IMG/VR virus record: IMGVR_UViG_2519899562_000018
Direction: 5' to 3' (one strand)
DNA from: a virus
Lineage: Duplodnaviria > Heunggongvirae > Uroviricota > Caudoviricetes
DNA: 32,756 nt
Part shown: piece after piece, positions 25,042 through 32,756 of the stretch
Position numbering within the stretch: position 1 is the first letter of the stretch
How the letters are laid out: the number at the start of each line of letters is the position of its first letter
Made by a program: the position numbers and the translations under genes
The notes under the pieces: model-generated
Told to the model about the DNA's origin: nothing
Database searches by the model: none
Seen by the model: the letters and a program-made list of their open reading frames with translations, nothing else

Positions 25042-27117
25042 ATGGCCCGAAATCTCAGAGCATCTCTGATAGTTGATTTGCTCGGCAATATCTCAGCCAA
25101 ATCCCGCCAGTGGTCACAGGAGCTGGGGGCATTCTCACGCTCCGGCCAGGCGGGGCTGGGTGGCCTGGGAAATGCTGCCCGCCGTGCCGGGCAGGAAACA
25201 GATGTACTCGGAAGCAGGATGCAGCGCACGCTGGCCGGGGTGCGGGGCAGTATCCGCCATGTCACTTCTGATTTTGACCGTCTTCAGGGCAGTATTACCG
25301 GCACCATCGGGCGGATCAGCAATCTTTACGGAATGCTGGCCGGTGGTGCTGCTGTATATGGCTTTAACCGGGGATTTATTCGCCCGGCAGCGGAGATGGA
25401 AACCTATATGATTCGCCTGAACTCCCTTTACAAAGGGGATCGGGCGAAAACGGATGATGTCCGCAGGTGGGCAATACAGAATGCGAAGGAAACCACCTGG
25501 GGGCTGGCTGGCGTCATGCAGGAATATACGTCCAGTCTGGGCTTTGGTATGAGTGACAGGGAGGCCCGAAATTTTGTCACCATGCTTCAGGATCAGGGGG
25601 CCGTGGGCGGCTGGTCACTGTCCGATGCACAGGGGGCATCCCTGCAACTGAAACAGATGTATGCAAGAGGCAGTATTCAGGCGGCGGATGCAAATATTCT
25701 TGCCACCTACGGCATTAATGCCTACCGCGTGCTGGCTGATCGTCTGGGTGTGGACCAGAAAGTGGTCAGAAAACTTGGTGAAAAAGGGCTGCTTGGGCCG
25801 GACAGTATTCGCCTGTTATTTCAGACGCTGGCGGAACAGGCCAGGGGAGCACAAAAGGACGCAATGAATTCCTGGAGTGGCCTGACGGCCATGATGGGTG
25901 ACGTCTGGGACCAGTTTGCCCGGGATGTGATGGACAGTGGGCCATTTGAAAAACTGAAGGGTAATCTCAGGGGATTTCTTTCATGGGTTGACAGTGCCAA
26001 ATCTGATGGCAGTTACCATTCCCTGGCGGAAAGCACGGCATCAGCCATGAACCAGGGCTTTGAGTATGCCCGTGATGCAGTGACAGGGTTTTATCAGGCG
26101 ATCAGAAAGGTACGCGACACGCTTCAGGCTCTGCGGGATGCGGGCTATGGTGATGCGCTGGATCGCATTGGTCAGGGGGCACAGACTGCCGCGAAATACC
26201 TGCTGTACATGTATCTCGCCACCCGTGCCCTGAAAATGGCGCGGGCTGTCGGAACGGGGATTATACGTCCGGGTGCTGCATTGCTGGGATACGGATTATC
26301 AGCGGCGGCCTTCCTGACTTCACCTTTCCGGCGCTCTCCTCCGGCCGGAACACCACCAGGCACATCTCAGGGACGAGGGCAACGTTTTATAAACTTTCTT
26401 ACCGGGGTAAATCCGGCAGCCGTTCAGCCAGTACTTGTAACAAACTGGCCCACAGGAGGACTGTCCGGCACCGGCGCGACCGATACATCCTCAGGCGGAC
26501 GTCAGGGGCGGGGCCGCAGGAAACGCGGACCGGGGCGCGGAAGACCGGTCACGCCTCCCCTGCCACCGTCCCCAGTGCCACCGTCTCCCTCTTCTGGTGG
26601 GGCAGGGTTCTGGGGGCGCATGATGGGGCGCGCCGGTGGGTTACTTTCGTCTGTCGGTAGCCGCATGGGGCTGGGGCGTTTCTCCGGCTTTTTCCGCAGT
26701 GCCGGTGGACTGGCCGGCCGGCTGGGTGGAGGTGCCCTGTGGGCTGGCGCGATGGCAGCCCCGGTTCTGCTGGATGGCAGCGCCAGTGCCACAGACAAGG
26801 GAGAAGCGGTCGGCTCTCTTGCAGGCAGTATTGCCGGTGGTGCGCTGGGGGCGGCAGCCGGACCTGTGGGGATTGCCATTGGTTCTACGGTGGGCAGCTA
26901 TCTCGGTAACTATCTGGGGGGATGGCTGACTGAAGCCTGGCAGAAATTACGGGGCAGTGATGATGAAAGCAGTGGACAGGCGGTACAAAAAGCCTCTGCC
27001 CGTGTGGAGCTGGTTGCCCCGGAAGGGTGGCAGGCTCGCAGTATTGATATTGATGACACGTCCGGTCACGGACTGGATGTGAATGTCTGGAACGGAGGGA
27101 ATTATGGCCTCTGGTGA
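25042..27117 (+). CDS. Tail tape measure protein
   Basis: 691 aa; Gly/Pro-rich low-complexity segment and C-terminal Gly-zipper hydrophobic region; position after chaperone. Confidence 0.85.
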   Translation: MARNLRASLIVDLLGNISAKSRQWSQELGAFSRSGQAGLGGLGNAARRAGQETDVLGSRMQRTLAGVRGSIRHVTSDFDRLQGSITGTIGRISNLYGMLAGGAAVYGFNRGFIRPAAEMETYMIRLNSLYKGDRAKTDDVRRWAIQNAKETTWGLAGVMQEYTSSLGFGMSDREARNFVTMLQDQGAVGGWSLSDAQGASLQLKQMYARGSIQAADANILATYGINAYRVLADRLGVDQKVVRKLGEKGLLGPDSIRLLFQTLAEQARGAQKDAMNSWSGLTAMMGDVWDQFARDVMDSGPFEKLKGNLRGFLSWVDSAKSDGSYHSLAESTASAMNQGFEYARDAVTGFYQAIRKVRDTLQALRDAGYGDALDRIGQGAQTAAKYLLYMYLATRALKMARAVGTGIIRPGAALLGYGLSAAAFLTSPFRRSPPAGTPPGTSQGRGQRFINFLTGVNPAAVQPVLVTNWPTGGLSGTGATDTSSGGRQGRGRRKRGPGRGRPVTPPLPPSPVPPSPSSGGAGFWGRMMGRAGGLLSSVGSRMGLGRFSGFFRSAGGLAGRLGGGALWAGAMAAPVLLDGSASATDKGEAVGSLAGSIAGGALGAAAGPVGIAIGSTVGSYLGNYLGGWLTEAWQKLRGSDDESSGQAVQKASARVELVAPEGWQARSIDIDDTSGHGLDVNVWNGGNYGLW

Positions 27118-28453
27118 CGGTCGTGGTGCGTTCCGTGGTGTGCCGTTCCTCGTCTGGCGTGAGCAGCGCGAACGTGGCGGGCGAAACATTGTCCGTCGGG
27201 AATATCCGTTACGGGAAACCGGTGGTGCAGACGATCTGGGACCTAAACTGGCTGAATTTACGTTCAGTGTACTTGTGATGGGGGATGATGTTCAGACACA
27301 GCGAAATCGTCTGCGTGATGCCCTTCGTGCACCCGGTGCCGGGGAGCTGCTTCACCCGGATTACGGCACGTTAAATGTGCTGATAAACAGCTTTGAAAGT
27401 CGTTATAACGCTGCTGAACAGGGCGTGGTTGAGTTCACCATTAATGTCACGCCGGTAAGTGATGATACCGCACCTGCTGTCACACAGGACACGGCCGCCA
27501 TTCTGGAGCAGAAGAGTACCACCGCGCTCGGGAAGGTTTTTGAAACCCTGGAAGCGGGCTGGACGGTGATTTCTGACGGAATGCACGATGTCCAGGCAAT
27601 GACCGAAACCATCAGCGATAAGGTGTCCGCCCTGGAAAATGCCGTTTCCGGCATGGGGATTGTACAGGATATCAGTGCCTTTACTGCCACGTTCACGGCG
27701 CTGAAAGGGAATGCCACGGCATTACTGACAGCACCTTCCCGCATGGCCTCATCTTTTGCGGGGCTTTTCAGTGCCCTGATCACCCTGCCATCGCTGCCGT
27801 CACTGTCTTCAGGAGGCCTGAATACCCGGCCCGGTGGCAGTATCGGCCGGACGACATCCGCCGTCTCTCAGGGAATGCCGCAACTGTACAGGACATTATC
27901 TTCCCTGCGTTACGTGCTGGATGAGCAGGATAATCCGCAGACTCTCATCGGTCTGACACCGGCAGCACAAAAGAATATTCGTCTGATACGGGCGGTAATG
28001 CAGAGTGCTGCCGTGGTGGCCCAGGCACAGACCGTGGGAAAACTGCTGGATCAGGTTCTCAGTCAGGAAACCCTGCCGGACAGTGACGCAGCCCACCGTA
28101 CCTGGCCTGTCTGGCTGGAAAGTTCAGTTGATCTTCAGCGCATTAACCGTGACTTAAGCGAAGCGCTCGAACGGCAGGTGATGACACTGTCCGGGCAGGG
28201 GTATACCGCCACGGCGCTGACGCTTCGTGATGCCAGACTGGCACTGACAGAGGATCTGAATACACGGGGAGTTCAGCTACCCGGTGCAACAGTAGTGACT
28301 GTACGTACCACCGAGCCTGCACTGGTGACCCTGTACCGTGCCACCGGGAACAGTACCGGCTGGCAACGTTTTGTGCGCCGTAACGGTATTGTTGATCCGC
28401 TGTTCATTCCCGGAGGCCATTCAGTGGAGGTGATTAGTGAGCAGCAGGGTTGA
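27104..28453 (+). CDS. DNA circulation protein (Mu N-like)
   Basis: About 449 aa from ATG 27104 (GGAGGG SD at about 27093); track frame opens at 27083. Confidence 0.75.
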   Translation: MASGDGRGAFRGVPFLVWREQRERGGRNIVRREYPLRETGGADDLGPKLAEFTFSVLVMGDDVQTQRNRLRDALRAPGAGELLHPDYGTLNVLINSFESRYNAAEQGVVEFTINVTPVSDDTAPAVTQDTAAILEQKSTTALGKVFETLEAGWTVISDGMHDVQAMTETISDKVSALENAVSGMGIVQDISAFTATFTALKGNATALLTAPSRMASSFAGLFSALITLPSLPSLSSGGLNTRPGGSIGRTTSAVSQGMPQLYRTLSSLRYVLDEQDNPQTLIGLTPAAQKNIRLIRAVMQSAAVVAQAQTVGKLLDQVLSQETLPDSDAAHRTWPVWLESSVDLQRINRDLSEALERQVMTLSGQGYTATALTLRDARLALTEDLNTRGVQLPGATVVTVRTTEPALVTLYRATGNSTGWQRFVRRNGIVDPLFIPGGHSVEVISEQQG

Positions 28454-29561
28454 ACTGTATCTGGGCGGTGAGATTTTTTCCGGCTGGCTGACGGTGAGTG
28501 TTCGTCGCTCTCTTGAACATCTGGCGGGCTCCTTTGAACTGGGGGTAATGATGCCCGGTGTACGCCTTCCGTCATCCGTCCGTGCCGGTCAGTCTCTGGA
28601 ATTGCGCATTGACGGTCAGCCTGTGATCACTGGCTGGCTGGATCAGGTCCGGCAGCGCATCAGCGCCACGCGTTTTCAGATCACGCTCAGCGGACGGGAT
28701 AAAACCGGTGACCTGGTGGACTGTTCAGCCATTCATCCGGGCAGCCAGTGGAGGAACCGCACGCTGGAGCACATTGCTTCAGATTTGTGTGCTCCGTTCG
28801 GGGTCACGGTGCGCTGGCAGGTAAATGATGCAACGGCAGCCCGGCCCTTTTCCACCTTCACACTGGAAAACTCAGAAACCGTGGCAGATGCGCTGACACG
28901 GGCCGCGAGACACAGAGGCGTCCTGGTAACCAGTAATGCCGCCGGTGAACTGGTTTTCACTCAGGCCGGCAGTCAGCGTGGCGACACGCTGACGCTGGGC
29001 GAAAATCTGCTGGATTTGGATCACAACGTGGATCACCGTCTGCGCTACAGTGAATACCGTGTACGGGGGCACGGGCGTGGTGGTGGTCATGCCGGGGATG
29101 CACTGACAGCCGGAACGCTGGCCGCACCCGTTGGTACGGTGACAGACAGTGCCATCCACCGTTACAGACCGAAAATTGTGCTGGCGGATCATGCTGTTGA
29201 TGCAGACGGTGCACGCCAGAGGGCTGTCCGGGAAATGCGCCGGGCGGTTGCCCGCTCTGTGCGCCTGACAGCCACCGTGCGGCACTGGTTTAGGGAGAAC
29301 GGCCAGTTGTGGGATATCAACCTGCTGACGGCTGTCACGGCTCCCCGCACCGGAGTGGAAGAGCGTGATCTTCTTGTCTGTCAGGTGGAGTTTTCGCTGG
29401 ATGCAAATCACGGCGAAACCACCCGTCTGATTCTGGCACCCCGTGACGGCTTTATTGTTCCGGCAGAGCCGGGAAACAGCGGAAGCGGAAATGCGGGTGA
29501 CGTGGACGCCTTCGTGCGGGCACAGATGAAAAAACAGGGGATTAAATTCAATGATGAATGA
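28437..29561 (+). CDS. Baseplate hub/tail protein (Mu P-like)
   Basis: 374 aa; GTG start with GGAGG SD. Confidence 0.7.
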   Translation: MSSRVELYLGGEIFSGWLTVSVRRSLEHLAGSFELGVMMPGVRLPSSVRAGQSLELRIDGQPVITGWLDQVRQRISATRFQITLSGRDKTGDLVDCSAIHPGSQWRNRTLEHIASDLCAPFGVTVRWQVNDATAARPFSTFTLENSETVADALTRAARHRGVLVTSNAAGELVFTQAGSQRGDTLTLGENLLDLDHNVDHRLRYSEYRVRGHGRGGGHAGDALTAGTLAAPVGTVTDSAIHRYRPKIVLADHAVDADGARQRAVREMRRAVARSVRLTATVRHWFRENGQLWDINLLTAVTAPRTGVEERDLLVCQVEFSLDANHGETTRLILAPRDGFIVPAEPGNSGSGNAGDVDAFVRAQMKKQGIKFNDE

Positions 29562-30165
29562 CGAAGTCATCAGCCGCCTTCTGGCCCCCGTAATGCGGGG
29601 TGTTCGTCTGCTGTTCGGGCGTGGTGTACTGACCGGCACAACGGACACGCTGAAAATCCAGAATGTGCAAATAACCGGTATGGATGGTGAAACCTTTGAT
29701 GACGTTGAACGCCCCCAGCAGTACGGGCAAATCAGCGTCCCCCTGCCTGGTGCGGAAGTTTTTCTGGCCTGTGCTGGCGGACAACGGGATCAGGCCGTGG
29801 TGCTTGTGGTGGAAGACCGCCGCAGTCGCCCGACCGGACTTACCGCCGGAGATACCGGCGTGTATCACCATGAGGGGCACCGTATACGTCTGACAAAGAA
29901 CGGCCGGATCATTGTGACCTGTAAGACGCTGGAGATTTACGCCGATGAAGGTGTTCAGGTGGATACACCGGAGGCTCACTTTACCGGTAATGTCACAGTG
30001 GATAAGAACCTGCATGTCAAAGGCAATGTGTCCATTGACGGCACCGGAAGATCACAGGGGACGTTCACGATGTCCGAAGCGGTTATTGCCGGGATCACCT
30101 ATTCAGGTCATGTGCATCACGATAACGGTGAAGGCAGCAAAACGGGAGGACCAGAGAATGGCTGA
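29551..30165 (+). CDS. Baseplate assembly protein (gpV-like / Mu gp45-like spike)
   Basis: 204 aa; position and size. Confidence 0.7.
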   Translation: MMNDEVISRLLAPVMRGVRLLFGRGVLTGTTDTLKIQNVQITGMDGETFDDVERPQQYGQISVPLPGAEVFLACAGGQRDQAVVLVVEDRRSRPTGLTAGDTGVYHHEGHRIRLTKNGRIIVTCKTLEIYADEGVQVDTPEAHFTGNVTVDKNLHVKGNVSIDGTGRSQGTFTMSEAVIAGITYSGHVHHDNGEGSKTGGPENG

Positions 30166-30595
30166 TATTGCTGTCGTCTGGGATCAGGGTTGCGGTTCCC
30201 TGCAACTGAACGGCGCAGATCTTCTGACGGATAACAGCCTGCTGACTGCGGTCATTATTTCACTGTTTACGGACAGGCGGGCGCTGGATTCCGATGAAAT
30301 CCCTGACGGCACCCGTGACCGTCGGGGATGGTGGGGAGACAGTTTCCGGGAGCGCCCCGTTGGCTCCCGTCTCTGGCTGTTAAGCCGTGAAAAGACGCTG
30401 TCCTCCGTGGTCAGCCGTGCACAGGCCTATGCTGATGAAGCGCTGGCGTGGCTGCATAAAAGCGGTGCTGCCACATCCGTGGTATGTCATGCCATGCGTG
30501 TGGGGCATGCTCGCCTTTCGCTTTCCGTGAAAATCACCCTGCCGGACGGAAGCAGACATCCGATGATTTTTTATGCTGATATGAAGGGGGAATGA
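30158..30595 (+). CDS. Baseplate protein (Mu gp46 / GPW-like)
   Basis: 145 aa from ATG 30158 (MADIAVVWDQ...); the longer track ORF from 29945 overlaps gp45 and is unlikely. Confidence 0.7.
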   Translation: MADIAVVWDQGCGSLQLNGADLLTDNSLLTAVIISLFTDRRALDSDEIPDGTRDRRGWWGDSFRERPVGSRLWLLSREKTLSSVVSRAQAYADEALAWLHKSGAATSVVCHAMRVGHARLSLSVKITLPDGSRHPMIFYADMKGE

Positions 30596-31677
30596 TGCCT
30601 TATCAGCCCTTACCACTGGCGCAACTGATCACACAGACACAACAGGATATCAGCCAGCGCCTGCCCGGTTCGCAGCCGGGCGTGAATGAAACCACCCTGA
30701 ATGCCATTGCGTATGCACTGGCGGGTCTGTCAGCACAGGAGCATGAACATCTGGCCTGGATCTCCCGGCAGATAATTCCGACAGAAGCTGATGAAGCCGA
30801 ACTCCTGAAACACTGCGCATTCTGGGGTGTCATCCGTAAACCGGCTTCCCGCGCTGACGGACCGGTACAACTGATGCTGACCACGGATGCAGGGATCACG
30901 GAAGGCGTACTCCTTCAGCGAAGCGATGGTGTTGTGTACCGCATCACCGGCTCTGCGACCGGAAAAGCCGGAACACTGAATGTTAATGTGGAGGCGGAAA
31001 GTGCGGGGCGCGCTGGAAATACCCCGACCGGAACCCGCCTGTCCTTTATCACGCCACAGGCGGGCATCAACCAGACAGCCACGGTCACCGGCACGGGACT
31101 CACCGGTGGTGCGGATGTGGAAACGGTGCCGGAGTTGCTGTCCAGGCTGGTATTCCGGGTACAGAACCCGCCATCAGGGGGAACACAGTATGATTTTGAA
31201 CGCTGGGCACGGGAAGTACCGGGCGTGACGCGGGCATGGTGTAAGCCTGAATGGCCTGAGGCGGGTAGTGTTGGTGTGACTTTTGTTCAGGATAATAACC
31301 CTGACATTTTCCCCGGAGAAGGTGATGTGAAGCGGGTGGCGGATTATATCCGCAGTCATGATGATCCGGCGACGGGCCAGCCCGTTGGTCAGCCACTTGG
31401 GCCGACAATCAGCGTGTTTAAGCTGACCAATAAGCCGGTGGCGTTTGAGATCAGGATTGTACCCAAAACGCCGGAAAATCAGGCTGCCGTAAAACAGGCA
31501 TTAACGGACCTGCTTTATAACGAATCGCGGCCGGGTGGACTTGTATTGCCTTCATCATTCTGGCGGGCTGTTGCAGGGGTGAAAGGACTGGAGGATTTTG
31601 AAGTTCGCAGCCCGCTGAAGTCCGTGATGGCCGGAGATACAGAGTTGCTGACCGTGGGGGAAATCACATGGCTGTAA
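30592..31677 (+). CDS. Baseplate J-like protein (Mu gp47-like)
   Basis: 361 aa; ATGA-coupled to gp46. Confidence 0.8.
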   Translation: MMPYQPLPLAQLITQTQQDISQRLPGSQPGVNETTLNAIAYALAGLSAQEHEHLAWISRQIIPTEADEAELLKHCAFWGVIRKPASRADGPVQLMLTTDAGITEGVLLQRSDGVVYRITGSATGKAGTLNVNVEAESAGRAGNTPTGTRLSFITPQAGINQTATVTGTGLTGGADVETVPELLSRLVFRVQNPPSGGTQYDFERWAREVPGVTRAWCKPEWPEAGSVGVTFVQDNNPDIFPGEGDVKRVADYIRSHDDPATGQPVGQPLGPTISVFKLTNKPVAFEIRIVPKTPENQAAVKQALTDLLYNESRPGGLVLPSSFWRAVAGVKGLEDFEVRSPLKSVMAGDTELLTVGEITWL

Positions 31678-32228
31678 CCCTGACCCCGCATCAGCGTGCC
31701 CTGTTGCAGTTGCTGCCTGACGGGCTGGCATGGGATAAGCGGCCGTCATCCGTTCTTGCGGCTTTGTGCCTGGGCCTCAGTCATTCCACGGAGCGTGTTT
31801 CCTGGACCGGTAACCAGATGCTGGCAGAACGTTTTCCTGATTCATCCCGTCTGCTGCTGGAAGACTGGGAGCGTTATCTGGGGTTACCGGAATGTGATAT
31901 GACCGGCGCAACCATTCAGGAGCGTCAGCGTTATGCCGGGAATAAATACCGGATGAAACCCTCTCTTAACCGTGAATTTTATATCCGGTTTGCGGCAGAG
32001 TTTGGTTATGAAATAGATATTCAGCCATCACCGGATTCACAGTGGGTCAGTATTGTCACGATTAACAGTGAAACCGGCTACCGGAATATGAATGTGCTGG
32101 ATGATATTCTCACGCCGCTGCGTATTTATGAAGGCGGTGCGCTGGAATGTATTCTGAACCGTTATAAGCCTGCATGGCAGACGTTTATTTACGTGTATGC
32201 AAACAGCCATGAAGAGGAGACTATTTAA
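31668..32228 (+). CDS. Tail protein (Mu gp48-like)
   Basis: 186 aa; precedes tail fibre gene. Confidence 0.7.
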   Translation: MAVTLTPHQRALLQLLPDGLAWDKRPSSVLAALCLGLSHSTERVSWTGNQMLAERFPDSSRLLLEDWERYLGLPECDMTGATIQERQRYAGNKYRMKPSLNREFYIRFAAEFGYEIDIQPSPDSQWVSIVTINSETGYRNMNVLDDILTPLRIYEGGALECILNRYKPAWQTFIYVYANSHEEETI

Positions 32229-32756
32229 TGTTTCATGTTGATAATAATTCCGGCGTGGCGAATATGCCTGCGCTGGCACCGGCGCAGAGTAATACCACCA
32301 CCTGGTTTACCGAAGGTGACGGACAAAAAGGTATCAGCTGGATTGGTCAGGACTGGCTGAATATTCTCCAGGCCGAACTGCTGAATATTCTGGCTGAAGC
32401 CAGTATTCAGCCGGATAAGGCGCAGTTAAACCAGCTTACGCTGTCCATTAAAGCCATTATCGCTGCGAATGCCTTTTCCCGGAAAAACAACCTGAAAGAA
32501 ATTGCTGATGCCGGTGCGGAAGCCCAGCGTCTTGCCCGTGGTTATCTTGGTCTTGGGGCGCTTGCCACAAAAAACAGTCTTGGTCCCGGTGACGTTAATG
32601 CTCTGGCGAAGGATCAGAACCTTGCCGACCTGGAGAATGCGGGAACCGCCCGTAATAATCTGGATGTTTACAGCAAAAGCGAAGGTGATAACCGTTACCT
32701 GCGCAGGGAGCAGAACGGCGCAGACATTCCGGATAAAGGCGCTTTTATCGATAACG
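32228..32756 (+). CDS. Tail fibre protein, N-terminal part (continues beyond window)
   Basis: Open frame from ATG at about 32228 to window end (MFHVDNNSGVANMPALAPAQ...); not in ORF track because no stop is reached. Confidence 0.7.
   Translation, partial: MFHVDNNSGVANMPALAPAQSNTTTWFTEGDGQKGISWIGQDWLNILQAELLNILAEASIQPDKAQLNQLTLSIKAIIAANAFSRKNNLKEIADAGAEAQRLARGYLGLGALATKNSLGPGDVNALAKDQNLADLENAGTARNNLDVYSKSEGDNRYLRREQNGADIPDKGAFIDN

Larger units (their letters stand above)
225..32756 (+). mobile_element. Mu-like transposable prophage, left end and most of genome (right end outside window)
   Basis: Collinear Mu-type order: repressor(-), ner, transposase A, B, gam, gemA, mor/C, lys, terminase, portal, F, G, I, T, sheath, tube, tape measure, N, P, baseplate, tail fibre. 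Left boundary approximate (candidate TG termini near 225 and 312). Confidence 0.85.

Noticed and set aside
26502-26879. 125-aa Pro/Ala-rich minus-strand ORF
   Set aside because: Antisense to the Gly-rich segment of the tape measure gene; compositional artefact.
29945-30157. Upstream extension of the gp46 ORF (track start 29945)
   Set aside because: Would overlap gp45 by over 200 nt in another frame; ATG at 30158 gives the usual 4-8 nt overlap and a plausible N-terminus.
1-32756. CRISPR array, rRNA or integron-type features
   Set aside because: No regularly spaced direct repeats with unique spacers and no rRNA-like segments seen; the only tandem repeat (417-450) is too short and has no spacers.

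Overview
This window is almost entirely the left ~32.5 kb of a Mu-like transposable prophage, entering from host flank at about 225-315 and running off the right edge inside the tail-fibre gene. Gene order is Mu-like: leftward XRE-type repressor, then rightward ner, DDE transposase A, ATPase B, a block of small early genes including a clear Gam homologue, GemA, an intrinsic terminator, a Mor/C-family activator, SAR endolysin with overlapping spanins, then terminase, portal, head and tail genes. All calls rest on reading the supplied ORF translations and on recalled family features, not on any database search. Coordinates for CDS follow the ORF track; coordinates for small non-coding features were hand-indexed and may be off by 1-2 nt. 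The best candidate for an undescribed system is a low-GC, translationally coupled five-gene cassette at 8310-9890 (triple-HTH protein plus small membrane and Cys-containing proteins), inserted between conserved early genes and gemA. Other points worth a second look are a portal gene split by a frameshift at a G5 run, a tRNA-like structured element between the F and G head genes, a possible +1/-2 frameshift in the tail chaperone, and a recurrent CATTTGATACC motif. No CRISPR array, rRNA or canonical tRNA was seen.
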